Assembly: GCA_963668025.2 (NCBI GenBank) | Contig: CAXXTH010000023.1 | Location: 64,001-128,000 of the forward strand | Direction: 5' to 3' | Length of the DNA stretch: 64,000 nt | Origin: Candidatus Hydrogenedentota bacterium | GTDB lineage: Bacteria > Hydrogenedentota > Hydrogenedentia > Hydrogenedentales > SLHB01 | In this document: in pieces, positions 13,893-23,136 of the stretch | Numbering within the stretch: position 1 is the stretch's first letter | Layout of the letters: every line of letters starts with the position of its first letter | Translations under genes and position numbers: made by a program | The notes under the pieces: model-generated | Told to the model about the DNA's origin: nothing | What the model saw: only the letters and a program-made list of their open reading frames with translations | The model's database searches: none

Positions 13893-15039
13893 TTTGAGTA
13901 TCTCCGATGTGCGCCATCAAATCCGGCTTGCCGAATTTGGCGTAGACTTCCCTGATGCGTTCCAGATTATCGAAGAAGGCCTTCACGACGGCAGGATCGA
14001 AATGATGTTCGGATTCTTTTTTTATGTATGCTTGCGCCTGCTCTTCCGGCATGGCGCGCTTGTATGGCCGTTCGGAAAGCAGGGCGTCATATACGTCCAC
14101 CACGGCGGTAATCCGGGCTTCGATAGGGATGGCCGCGCCTCTTAGCTTGTCGGAATAGCCGGAGCCATCCCATTTTTCATGGTGGTGGCGGGCGATAGAG
14201 CATGCCATTCGCAGCAGGGGCGGCATTTCCCTCGTGATATGATGCTCCTGCGTTGCTGGAAGCGACGTGTTAAAACAAGAAATCGCCCGGGGCGCTTTCG
14301 ACAAAATCTCTTCACCCATCAGTGTGTGGCGTTCCATAATGCCCCTTTCCAGGGGAGTCAGCTTGTCTGGTTTGAGCAATATCCCATCCGGAATGCCGAT
14401 TTTGCCGATATCATGCAGTGGGCTTGTTTGAAATAGTAAATCGGCGTGGGCAGGTTCGAGGCCGAGTCCTTCGGCCAGAATGAGGCATCCCCAAGCCACA
14501 CGTGCGACATGCTCGCCGGTTTGATCATCGCGGAATTCACCGGCTTTTGCCAAGCGCCATACGGTCTCGCGCTGCGAGATTTCGAGCTGGCGGGTGCGTT
14601 CACGCACCAGATCCTCGAGGAGATCCACCTGGCTGGCCAGTTGGTCCTGGTATGACTTGATGCGGAGCGCACTTCGAATTCTCGCGATAAGGTCGTCATA
14701 TTTCACGGGTTTGTTCAACAGATCCGTGGCCCCTGAATCAAGGGCGCGGCGTTTGAGTGAATGGTCTCCATCTCCCGTTAAAATGATGACAGGAATTTGC
14801 TTTGTTTTATCGTTTGACTGCAATGCGCGCAAGAGTATGAATCCGTCTTTGCCTGGCATGCGGATATCTGCAATGATCACATCGAAATCATGGCTGGCCG
14901 TTATGCGCAGCGCATCATCCACATTCAAGCAGAATTTCGCGTCCCAGCCTTCCTTGCTTTGGGCAAGCATTCTCGCGGCCGTATCGAGAATAATGGGCTC
15001 GTCATCCACGAACAAGAGTCTGGGCGGCTTTTTCTCCAT
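13867..15039 (-). CDS. REC-HD-GYP cyclic di-GMP phosphodiesterase (RpfG-like)
   Basis: REC domain; TGEHVARV, PLHDIGKIGIP, HHEKWDGSGY, DVYDAL..RPYK. Confidence 0.9.
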   Translation of the reverse strand: MEKKPPRLLFVDDEPIILDTAARMLAQSKEGWDAKFCLNVDDALRITASHDFDVIIADIRMPGKDGFILLRALQSNDKTKQIPVIILTGDGDHSLKRRALDSGATDLLNKPVKYDDLIARIRSALRIKSYQDQLASQVDLLEDLVRERTRQLEISQRETVWRLAKAGEFRDDQTGEHVARVAWGCLILAEGLGLEPAHADLLFQTSPLHDIGKIGIPDGILLKPDKLTPLERGIMERHTLMGEEILSKAPRAISCFNTSLPATQEHHITREMPPLLRMACSIARHHHEKWDGSGYSDKLRGAAIPIEARITAVVDVYDALLSERPYKRAMPEEQAQAYIKKESEHHFDPAVVKAFFDNLERIREVYAKFGKPDLMAHIGDTQNEIYPVRR

Positions 15040-15077
15040 AACGTCTACCTCTAGTCATCCGTATTATGATGCGGTGT

Positions 15078-18000
15078 TCAGCCCGCCACAGGCAGCCGAA
15101 CAATGAATGTAGTGCCTCGTCCGATTTCGCTTTCAAGAGTAATCGTGCCGCCATGCTTGTCCACGATGGCGTTATGTGCGATAGCCAATCCCTGTCCGGT
15201 GCCGCGTCCTACCTCCTTTGTGGTGAAGAAAGGGTCAAAGACGCGTTCGCGGATCGCTTCTGGGATGCCCGAGCCGGTGTCGCGGATTCTCATCTCGACC
15301 CACTTGCCATCGAGCCTGGTGCTGATGGCGATCTCTCCTTTTTCATTTTCGTTATTCGCGGCCACATCCGAAATGGCATGGGCGGCGTTGACGATCATGT
15401 TCAAAATGACCTGGTTGAGTTCGGCGGGCAGGCCTGGGATAGGAGGCAAGTTTGGCTGTAAATCCGTAGTGACATTGGCGACATATTTCCATTCATTCCG
15501 CGATACGGTGATGGTGCTTTTGATGCATTGATTCAAGTCAACGGAGACTTTTTCCGCCGTGCCAGGATGCGAAAACTCTTTCATGGCGAGGACAATGGAT
15601 GCGATGCGCTCGACGCCTTCGAGCGATTGTGAGATGGCTCGAGGCACCTGTTCCGCCAGGAAGTCCAAATGGGCCTCTTCTAAGGCGTTCTCGATTTTGG
15701 CGGCGCATTCCTTTGGTACATGGCCTTTTCCTGCTTCTGTAACCAGATTCTGGAAAACCTGTGCGAGATCGTTCAAGCTCTCGAACGCCGTTTGCAGGAA
15801 CTCGATATTATCGCCCACATACTGCGTGGGCGTGTTGATCTCATGTGCGATCCCTGCGGCGAGCTGCCCGATCGACTCGAGTTTTTGGGCTTGAACGAGC
15901 TGGGTTTCTAAAATGCGGCGTTCGGTGATATCAATGCCGAGTAAAAAGCATCCCTCGGGCGCGTCAAACTCATCCCGGATAGGATTGATGGTAATTCCGA
16001 GAAACCGGTCGCTTCCATCTGGTTTGTGGAATCTTACTTCCGGGATGCGGAGCGATTTATCGAGCGTTGGCCAGTGTTGAATGTGTTCTGTGCTTAGGTC
16101 CAAGTCCCACGAAATGCCACATGCCGCGATATACCGGCCAATCATTCGTTCCGCAGGCAGGCCGAAGGTCCTTTCGGCAGCGGCGTTCCATCGATTAATG
16201 CGCAATTCCGCATCTAGCCCAATGAGGAAAGATGACATGGAAGCCAGCAGCCGCTCGGCTTCTGTATGGGCGCGGCGAAGCGCCATCTCGGTTTCTTTGC
16301 GATGCTCGACTTCGGATAGCAGCGAGGCGTTTGTCTCGGACAGTTCACATGTCCGTTCTTGTATGCGCACCTCGAGTTCGTCGCGGGACTTGCGCAGTTC
16401 CTCTTCTGTTCGCTTGTCCTCGGTAATGTCATCCAGTGTTTCGACTCCCCCGATGACAACTCCCTGGGCGTCCCGGATCACGGCAGCCGTGAAATGGAGC
16501 CATCGGGCTTCATTCAAATTTGTTGTGTATAGGCCTTCGGACTCATAGGCGTCTTTGATTAATGATGAAGGCACGCACTGGTTTCCATACCATTTAGGAA
16601 TCTGATCAATAGCGCCATCCACTAAAAGATCCACGAGGCAGGGCTGTTCTTGCTTGTAAAACGCCGCCCAATGTTTTGTGGAGCCCAGAATTTCTTTCTC
16701 CGTGATTCCGCTCATTTGTTCCAAGGGGTTATTCCATGAAATCACATGGTGTTCGCGATCGATGGCGAATTGGGGGATGGGGCATCCATGCAGGATGGCC
16801 TGCAATTTGCTCTCACTCTCCTCGAGTGCATGGGTGGCCATTCCGGTATGGATGACATGAGTGGTGGTATTGCTGAGGTCTGCCAGAAGGCGCTGTTCAT
16901 CTCGAGAGATTGTTTTTTTGCTGAAAAGCGCCATCACGCCGATGAGCCTGCCCTGGGGGGAGAGCAAGCGCCAGCCTGCGAAAGAGGCCAGGCCCATCTT
17001 TTCCGCCCATGCCTGGTTGCAGATGCGCGGGTCATGTGTGATGTCATTAGTCAAGAATGGGGCAATCTCGCCAGTAGCGATTCGGCCTATGGCGTGATTG
17101 CCTAAAGGAATGCGCTTATGTTTGTGTTCGATGTGTTCATAGTGGCCGGATTTTGCCATCAAATGCAGGCAGTGGGTTCTTACCCGGCACATATCCGGGC
17201 CTTCCGTTGCAGTGGCGTGTATGCAGCCGCCATCACATAGATCGCCGTTGCCAACGATCCAAATGCGGACAGAGTCCGCGCGAAATGTCTCGACCGCCAC
17301 GTCTGTGATGCGTTTCAGTTTCTCCTCGAGTGGGGCGGTGTCAAGAAGCTGTTCTTTCAAGGCGCTTAGCCAGACGATTTCCCCTTGTACGCGCTTGCGT
17401 TCTTCTCGTTCCCGCAGCGAGGCAATGGCGTTTCCAAGGTCATACACAAGATCCTGCAATAGATCCATTTCGGTGGGGGAGAAGGAATGGGCATTTCTGG
17501 AAAAGGCATTGAGCACGCCGATGACGGAATCGCCCACGCATAATGGCAGAGCGGCATGCGACGTGCATCCGAGCTGTATGGCTTCGTTCCGCCAGGGATC
17601 TTGCTCCGGGTGTTCGAGGATGTTATTGTCGATTTGAGGCTCTTTTAAGAGAATGGCGGTGTTGGTGATTCCCCCTGCGGTATTCGGGCTATCCCGTGTG
17701 ATTTTCCATTCGATTGGAGAGCACGATTCAAACCCCACCCATGCCATTGGGCGCAAGATATCTAGATTTTCTTGGGCAGTCAATCCGATCCACGCCAGCG
17801 GATATTCACCAGAATCCACGATGATCGAGCAGGCTTTTTGCAATAGCTCGGATTCGTTTTTGGTTCTGACAATAGCTTGGTTGCATTCACTGATGGTTCG
17901 GAGTATTCGATTCACCTGGCGCAATTCGTTTTCGGCGCGCCTGCGCTCGGAGATCTCTTTTTGCATGCTTTCATTTATTTGGATGAGGTCGGAGGCATAT

Positions 18001-19298
18001 TCTTCCACGAGGCGTTTGAGTTCGGTATGGACTTTGTTAAGCTCTTCTTCCTCTTGTTTTCGTTCGCTGATGTCTCGAATAATGCAGATGGCATGCCGTG
18101 CGCCACGTAATTGCGCCCCCGAGATGGACATATCAATCGGGAACTCGGAGCCGTCTTTCCGGGTAACGGATAATTCCAGCGTTTTTTTCGCTTCGCTCCC
18201 ATTGGCTGAGCGCATGAACAGCTCGAATTCCATCTCATAGAGTGTTCGGTCCTGCTTCGGCGCAAGCAGGCTAAGCATATCTTTTCCGATGGCCTCCTCG
18301 GCAGGCCAGCCGAATAGGGCTTCCGCCGCCTGATTGTAGAAACGGATACACCCATTTGGATCCATGATGAGGATGGCGTCCTGGGCCGCATCCGTCATGA
18401 TGCGAAAGGTTTCTTCACTCTGCCTCAAGGCTTCTTCCGCGCGCCGCTGTTCCGTAATGTCGCGCACCGTCGCTTGGAGCAACACGCTTTTCCCCAGCGC
18501 AACCCGAGTCAGCAGCACCGAAGCAGGAAATTCACTTCCATCTCGACGTTTATGGCGCCAATCAAAAAAGCATTTTCCGTCACGCAGCGCGGTTTCAATG
18601 AAGCGTCTTGCTTCTTCCTTGGATGAGCGGCCATCCGGCTGATATTCTGGTGATACATCCGCGGGGTTGACGGAAGTAAAGTCAGACTCTTTCGAAAACC
18701 CGAACAATGCCATTGCTGCTGGATTCGCGGATGTGAACCTCCATGAAGGCGGTTCCACGGTTACAATGGCGTCTATCGAGCTCTCGAATAAGAGTTTGTA
18801 CCGTTTTTCACTTAGTTTCAGGGAGTCATCTCCATGCTGCATCAATTCATGGTATTCTTCGGCTAAATTCACTTTATCGATCAGGAGATCGCTATTGCAC
18901 GGTTTCTCCACATAATCGAAAGCTCCTAGCTGGATAGCGTGAAGGACATTCGGCATGTTTCCTGGCGCAGCAAGAATAAGAGGAATAGCGCCTAGTTTCT
19001 TGTTGTAAATGGTTTTTAGTAATTGAAAGCCTTTGTCTCCTGGCGGCTCCAAATCGATCAAGGCCACGTCAAAATCGCCTTGGGTCAATGCATGCAGCCC
19101 ACTCTTACAATCCTCGCATATCTCACATGCATATCCTTGCAGGCGTAGTTCTCGCTCAAGGGTTTCAGCCAAATGAATGTCGCCAGTGATGAGGAGCACG
19201 CTTCCATTTTCGCGAGGCAACCCCTTTCCTTTTTCAAGCAGCTCCTCGGAAGCGGTTTCATCCATATTGGATTTCTGCTTGGCCGTGTCCTCTGGCAT
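15078..19298 (-). CDS. Hybrid sensor histidine kinase (REC, multiple PAS/PAC, GAF, HisKA, HATPase)
   Basis: H-box IAHEINTP, N-box NMIVNA, DTGSGI, FFTTK, GTGQGL; repeated RDITE PAC ends; ATG 19298 after AGGAGG (alternative TTG at 19364). Confidence 0.92.
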   Translation of the reverse strand: MPEDTAKQKSNMDETASEELLEKGKGLPRENGSVLLITGDIHLAETLERELRLQGYACEICEDCKSGLHALTQGDFDVALIDLEPPGDKGFQLLKTIYNKKLGAIPLILAAPGNMPNVLHAIQLGAFDYVEKPCNSDLLIDKVNLAEEYHELMQHGDDSLKLSEKRYKLLFESSIDAIVTVEPPSWRFTSANPAAMALFGFSKESDFTSVNPADVSPEYQPDGRSSKEEARRFIETALRDGKCFFDWRHKRRDGSEFPASVLLTRVALGKSVLLQATVRDITEQRRAEEALRQSEETFRIMTDAAQDAILIMDPNGCIRFYNQAAEALFGWPAEEAIGKDMLSLLAPKQDRTLYEMEFELFMRSANGSEAKKTLELSVTRKDGSEFPIDMSISGAQLRGARHAICIIRDISERKQEEEELNKVHTELKRLVEEYASDLIQINESMQKEISERRRAENELRQVNRILRTISECNQAIVRTKNESELLQKACSIIVDSGEYPLAWIGLTAQENLDILRPMAWVGFESCSPIEWKITRDSPNTAGGITNTAILLKEPQIDNNILEHPEQDPWRNEAIQLGCTSHAALPLCVGDSVIGVLNAFSRNAHSFSPTEMDLLQDLVYDLGNAIASLREREERKRVQGEIVWLSALKEQLLDTAPLEEKLKRITDVAVETFRADSVRIWIVGNGDLCDGGCIHATATEGPDMCRVRTHCLHLMAKSGHYEHIEHKHKRIPLGNHAIGRIATGEIAPFLTNDITHDPRICNQAWAEKMGLASFAGWRLLSPQGRLIGVMALFSKKTISRDEQRLLADLSNTTTHVIHTGMATHALEESESKLQAILHGCPIPQFAIDREHHVISWNNPLEQMSGITEKEILGSTKHWAAFYKQEQPCLVDLLVDGAIDQIPKWYGNQCVPSSLIKDAYESEGLYTTNLNEARWLHFTAAVIRDAQGVVIGGVETLDDITEDKRTEEELRKSRDELEVRIQERTCELSETNASLLSEVEHRKETEMALRRAHTEAERLLASMSSFLIGLDAELRINRWNAAAERTFGLPAERMIGRYIAACGISWDLDLSTEHIQHWPTLDKSLRIPEVRFHKPDGSDRFLGITINPIRDEFDAPEGCFLLGIDITERRILETQLVQAQKLESIGQLAAGIAHEINTPTQYVGDNIEFLQTAFESLNDLAQVFQNLVTEAGKGHVPKECAAKIENALEEAHLDFLAEQVPRAISQSLEGVERIASIVLAMKEFSHPGTAEKVSVDLNQCIKSTITVSRNEWKYVANVTTDLQPNLPPIPGLPAELNQVILNMIVNAAHAISDVAANNENEKGEIAISTRLDGKWVEMRIRDTGSGIPEAIRERVFDPFFTTKEVGRGTGQGLAIAHNAIVDKHGGTITLESEIGRGTTFIVRLPVAG

Positions 19299-19617
19299 CA
19301 CTAGCCTCCTGTGGCTTTCCATCGAGCGGTGCTGGCTCTCCTCTGGCTTTCCAGAAGAAGCCAAGCCCCTCCACTTCTGTAATAAAACTGATCACATCCC
19401 GTATACCGTTTTCAATTATATCTTATTTCGCATGCTAGGAAGCGAGCAAGAAGTGAAATCGCGCCATGCTCATGGGAATATGAAGTAAAATGCAACGCAG
19501 AGCGAAAAGAAAACCGGCATTATCTGGGCGAAGGTGGGTAAAACATAGCAATCAACCGGAGTTTGGGATTCACCGGGCGTGCTTTGCATGACCGTATGGC
19601 CAAGCATGTTTGAGCAT

Positions 19618-19670
19618 AGAAAAACAGAGGCTTCCGCCCGGAATCCCGCGTGGAAGCCCGTCTGTTTTCT
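19618..19670 (-). terminator. Hairpin terminator downstream of the SDR gene
   Basis: AGAAAAACAGA-GGCTTCC...GGAAGCC-CGTCTGTTTTCT inverted repeat. Confidence 0.6.
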
Positions 19671-19672
19671 GG

Positions 19673-20440
19673 TTACGGATAGGTCTGTCCCGTGGGGCGA
19701 ATCATGATTTCACTAACGTTTACGTGGGGTGGCAGCGACACCAGCCATTGGATCCCTTCCGCAATGGCTTCCGGCTCGAGCAAGGCTCCAAACTGGGTGG
19801 TCCATTTCCCAAAATTGTCTTCGGTATAGCCCGCCACGTCTTGGAACTCGCTGATGACAATGCCGGGCATCACGAGCGACACGCGGACGCCATACGAGCA
19901 GATTTCCCGGCGCAGCCCTTCAGTGATGCCCGCTACCGCGAATTTGCTCGCGCCATATAATCCGCTGACCGGGGAAATGTTTCTTCCGGCCACGGAGCCT
20001 ATCGCCACAATGTCGCCGCTCTTCCGCTCCGCCATGTACTTGCCGGTTTGCCGCAACAGATACGCCAAGCCAAGGACATTGGTCCGGTAGACCTCTTCCC
20101 ACTGGGTGGCGTCGCTTTCAAGAACTCCTCCCGCCAAGCCGCGCCCTGCATTGGCGACGACGATATCGTATTTGCAGCCGCCGTCGTCCCACTTCCCTGC
20201 TTGAGCCAGCAGCGCGTCTATTTCCGAAGGAACGCCCACATCACAGGAGACGGCCAGCGCCTGGCCTCCTTGGGCTGTGATCGTCGATACCAACTCGTCC
20301 AGCCGTTCTTTACGGCGCGCGCAAGCCACCACGGCGGCTCCCGCGTTGGATAGCGCCAGCGCCACTGCTTTTCCTATGCCTGCGCTGGCCCCCGTAACAA
20401 TAGCCGTCTTTCCTAAAAGAGGCGTACTCATATGCGGCAT
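19673..20440 (-). CDS. Short-chain dehydrogenase/reductase (SDR)
   Basis: TGASAGIG Rossmann motif, ANAG, YGASK catalytic motif. Confidence 0.93.
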   Translation of the reverse strand: MPHMSTPLLGKTAIVTGASAGIGKAVALALSNAGAAVVACARRKERLDELVSTITAQGGQALAVSCDVGVPSEIDALLAQAGKWDDGGCKYDIVVANAGRGLAGGVLESDATQWEEVYRTNVLGLAYLLRQTGKYMAERKSGDIVAIGSVAGRNISPVSGLYGASKFAVAGITEGLRREICSYGVRVSLVMPGIVISEFQDVAGYTEDNFGKWTTQFGALLEPEAIAEGIQWLVSLPPHVNVSEIMIRPTGQTYP

Positions 20441-20441
20441 T

Positions 20442-20533
20442 CTCCTATGTCTATGTTTCGCTTAGCGCCAGTGCGGCGCGAAAGGATTTCATCATATCAC
20501 GAGGGCAGGGGCCGCCGCACGGCGCAGGCGCAT
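20442..20533. repeat. 92-bp direct repeat copy 1 (promoter and RBS segment)
   Basis: Identical to 21550-21641 except for 2 positions. Confidence 0.95.
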
Positions 20534-20722
20534 TCATTAGTATCCTAGACAGTTACAGATATTACACCTAAAACAACACCTAAGCAGAAAATGGATTGTT
20601 TTTCATGACTCTCAAATATAACCTCATAAACCGCGAATAGATGCGAATAAACGTGAATATATGGCAAACCTCCGTTAACGGGAGATTTTTTGACAGGATT
20701 TACAAGATGAACAAGATTTTTT

Positions 20723-20846
20723 GTAACACTTTAGCAACTGAAGCAGGTTTAGCTTTATATGAATCGTTGCTATCTAGTCCAATCTTGTGCATCATGTAAA
20801 TCATGTCTAAAAAAGCAGCCATTGCTTCAGTCGGCAAAAGTATTAC
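20723..20846. repeat. Palindromic element copy D (shared terminal repeats, different interior)
   Basis: GTAACACTTTAGCAACTGAAGC ... GCTTCAGTCGGCAAAAGTATTAC; right end matches CTTCAGTCGGCTAAACTATTAC of copy A. Confidence 0.6.
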
Positions 20847-21053
20847 TCTTGTTGAAGCTGGGGCTAAGGCACTGGCGTGGGCGTTGCCCATACCTCAGAT
20901 CGCTAAAATAATCTCCACAATTTTCATACATGATAAACCTAGGCCTATCAGGTTGTTATGCAAATCGATTCAAATCGATTCTAAACTCCTTGTTGTTTTT
21001 ATAGAAGCTGGAGTTTAAGTACTGACTAAAGGTTCGGCAGGTTCAGGTTCGGA

Positions 21054-21539
21054 CTATTTTGGGATAGCCGTGAAAGCATTTAAAACATCAAAAACTTTTC
21101 TTGAATAAATTCGAATGTCGCGAAGAAAAAAATGCTTATTTCCATAGACTGTCTTCTTCCCCATGTCTACAAGAAACATATGTCCTCCACCTCCTCTCAT
21201 TGAGCGTTCGCGAATATGATAAACAAATTGCATTTCACTCAAGAAGTCTATTATAGGAATCGTTACAGTATCAGCAATTATACAGATAAAGAAACCTCTT
21301 CCGATCAGAAAACTTTCTGATTCCTCCTTGAGATAGTTAAATTTTACTCTCCATTCTTCAAAAGCAAGAGCATCAAACAGTCTAAGATCTTTGACCAAAA
21401 TATTCCATTTCACAATTCCTAAATACCGGCGAAATCCAATTAGGTCAAACGAAATCCCCATATGGTTCCCAACATGAAGATTCGTCCATCCACAAGCTGA
21501 AAGGTGGATTTGTAGGAACTCCCACTTCTTACTTTCCAT
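21054..21539 (-). CDS. Hypothetical protein (AT-rich orphan)
   Basis: 161-aa ORF with ATG downstream of the duplicated ATAGGAG RBS; AT-rich compared with neighbours; no recognisable motif. Confidence 0.6.
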   Translation of the reverse strand: MESKKWEFLQIHLSACGWTNLHVGNHMGISFDLIGFRRYLGIVKWNILVKDLRLFDALAFEEWRVKFNYLKEESESFLIGRGFFICIIADTVTIPIIDFLSEMQFVYHIRERSMRGGGGHMFLVDMGKKTVYGNKHFFLRDIRIYSRKVFDVLNAFTAIPK

Positions 21540-21549
21540 CCCTTGTAGC

Positions 21550-21641
21550 CTCCTATATCTATGTTTCGCTTAGCGCCAGTGCGGCGCGATAGGATTTCAT
21601 CATATCACGAGGGCAGGGGCCGCCGCACGGCGCAGGCGCAT
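21550..21641. repeat. 92-bp direct repeat copy 2
   Basis: Matches 20442-20533. Confidence 0.95.
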
Positions 21642-21697
21642 CCGTTCGACTTGCACCGGGAAACAGGAGAAGCGCATGGAGGCGCGTGGCGGGCGTC

Positions 21698-21725
21698 TTG
21701 ACTTTCACATAAAAAATGATATAGT
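21698..21725 (+). promoter_or_regulatory. Putative sigma70 promoter for the cupin-oxidoreductase operon
   Basis: TTGACT-16 bp-TATAGT with extended -10 TG. Confidence 0.55.
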
Positions 21726-21756
21726 ATGAAGGCGTGATACAACCAGGAGAGAAGGC

Positions 21757-22107
21757 ATGCTCTACCAAAAAGAGAATATGAAAGGTGGCGAAATCTTGGA
21801 TTGCCATGATGGCAAAGGCAAGCTGGCGTTTACCGAATTGTTTGGGGCATATGCAGAGGTGGAGAAGGGGTTCGCATACGCGCACGACGATTTATTGGAG
21901 CCGGGCGCATCTATTGGCGAGCATATGCACCAAGGCACTGAGGAGTTGTATTTTGTCGTCGAGGGGCATGGATTCATCATTGAAGACGGGGTGCGGCGCG
22001 AAATCAATGCGGGCGAAATAAGCGTGACGCGCAGCGGGCACTCGCATGGAATCATAAACAGTGAAGACAGTCCTATGAGGCTCATTGTAGTGTGTAACAA
22101 AATGTAG
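21757..22107 (+). CDS. Cupin domain protein
   Basis: GEHMHQGTEELYFVVEGHG and HSHGI cupin motifs. Confidence 0.9.
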   Translation: MLYQKENMKGGEILDCHDGKGKLAFTELFGAYAEVEKGFAYAHDDLLEPGASIGEHMHQGTEELYFVVEGHGFIIEDGVRREINAGEISVTRSGHSHGIINSEDSPMRLIVVCNKM

Positions 22108-22119
22108 AGGGGTTGTTTT

Positions 22120-23103
22120 ATGAAGCGGGTGCTGATTATCGGAACAGGCGGCATCGCCCACCGGCATATCGGAGCGCTGGCCAATATCCACGAGATTCAT
22201 ATCGCCAGCGTATGCGATATCCATGCGGAACGCGCCAAGGAATTTGCCGCTCCACTTGGCGCGGCTGTTTTCACCTCAATCGATGAGGCGATGAGCCAAT
22301 CGCAGCCCGACTATGTGATTCTAACGACACCGAGGGAAGTGCGTGAGGAGGCTATTGCCAAATGTATTTCCCATGGGCTTCCGGTTTTTATGGAGAAACC
22401 GCCCTGCCACAACCTATCCGCCGGTGAAAAAATACGGGAAATGCTGGCGTCATCGCAGTTGCTGCACTCGGTCGGTTTCAATACCCGGTGGCATGATTCG
22501 CTCAATGTAGCACTGGGCTGGCTGTCCGGACAGCGCCTATCCAGAATCGCCATCTGCTTCAGCGGCACTTTCGCCGCCCAGCCTATCTGGAAGACCTACG
22601 CGGCTCCTTACTTGGTGGAGCGGTCCGGCGGTTTAGTGGGCGATCAAGGGATCCACTATATTGACATCGCACGCTATATCTCCAAATCAGAAGTGAAGCG
22701 GGTGATGGCCATGGGCTGCAACCAAATACTGCCCAAGTCAGAGCATGTTTCGACCGTAGATGCCGCCGCATGGCTTATGGAGATGGAGAATGGAGTGCTC
22801 GTCAGCCATAACCATACGTGGGGCGCGCCGGGATGGTCGTGCTTAATCGACATGGTGGCGGATGGCGGAATCGTGCGTGTGGATATATGCGCCAACACCG
22901 CCTCGGGCACGGTCAATGGTGAAACGGTTACGCACCAGGGAACGCAAGACGAATTCGAAAACGAGCATCGCGGCTTCTTGCGCGCCGTGGAAGCCGGCGA
23001 TATATCCATCGTTTGCTCACCGTATGCCGATGCGCTGGAATCGTTCCGTGTGGCGGCGAATATCAACAAAATCATTTATGGCGAAACACCGGAGCTGTTA
23101 TAG
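22120..23103 (+). CDS. Gfo/Idh/MocA family oxidoreductase
   Basis: IIGTGGIA, MEKP, GGLVGDQGIHYID. Confidence 0.92.
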   Translation: MKRVLIIGTGGIAHRHIGALANIHEIHIASVCDIHAERAKEFAAPLGAAVFTSIDEAMSQSQPDYVILTTPREVREEAIAKCISHGLPVFMEKPPCHNLSAGEKIREMLASSQLLHSVGFNTRWHDSLNVALGWLSGQRLSRIAICFSGTFAAQPIWKTYAAPYLVERSGGLVGDQGIHYIDIARYISKSEVKRVMAMGCNQILPKSEHVSTVDAAAWLMEMENGVLVSHNHTWGAPGWSCLIDMVADGGIVRVDICANTASGTVNGETVTHQGTQDEFENEHRGFLRAVEAGDISIVCSPYADALESFRVAANINKIIYGETPELL

Positions 23104-23136
23104 AAACACAGTAATTTGAAATAAGGGAGAGAATAG

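Noticed and set aside
20803-21018. 71-aa plus-strand ORF in the AT-rich insert
   Set aside because: It starts inside repeat elements, has no RBS and no recognisable motif.
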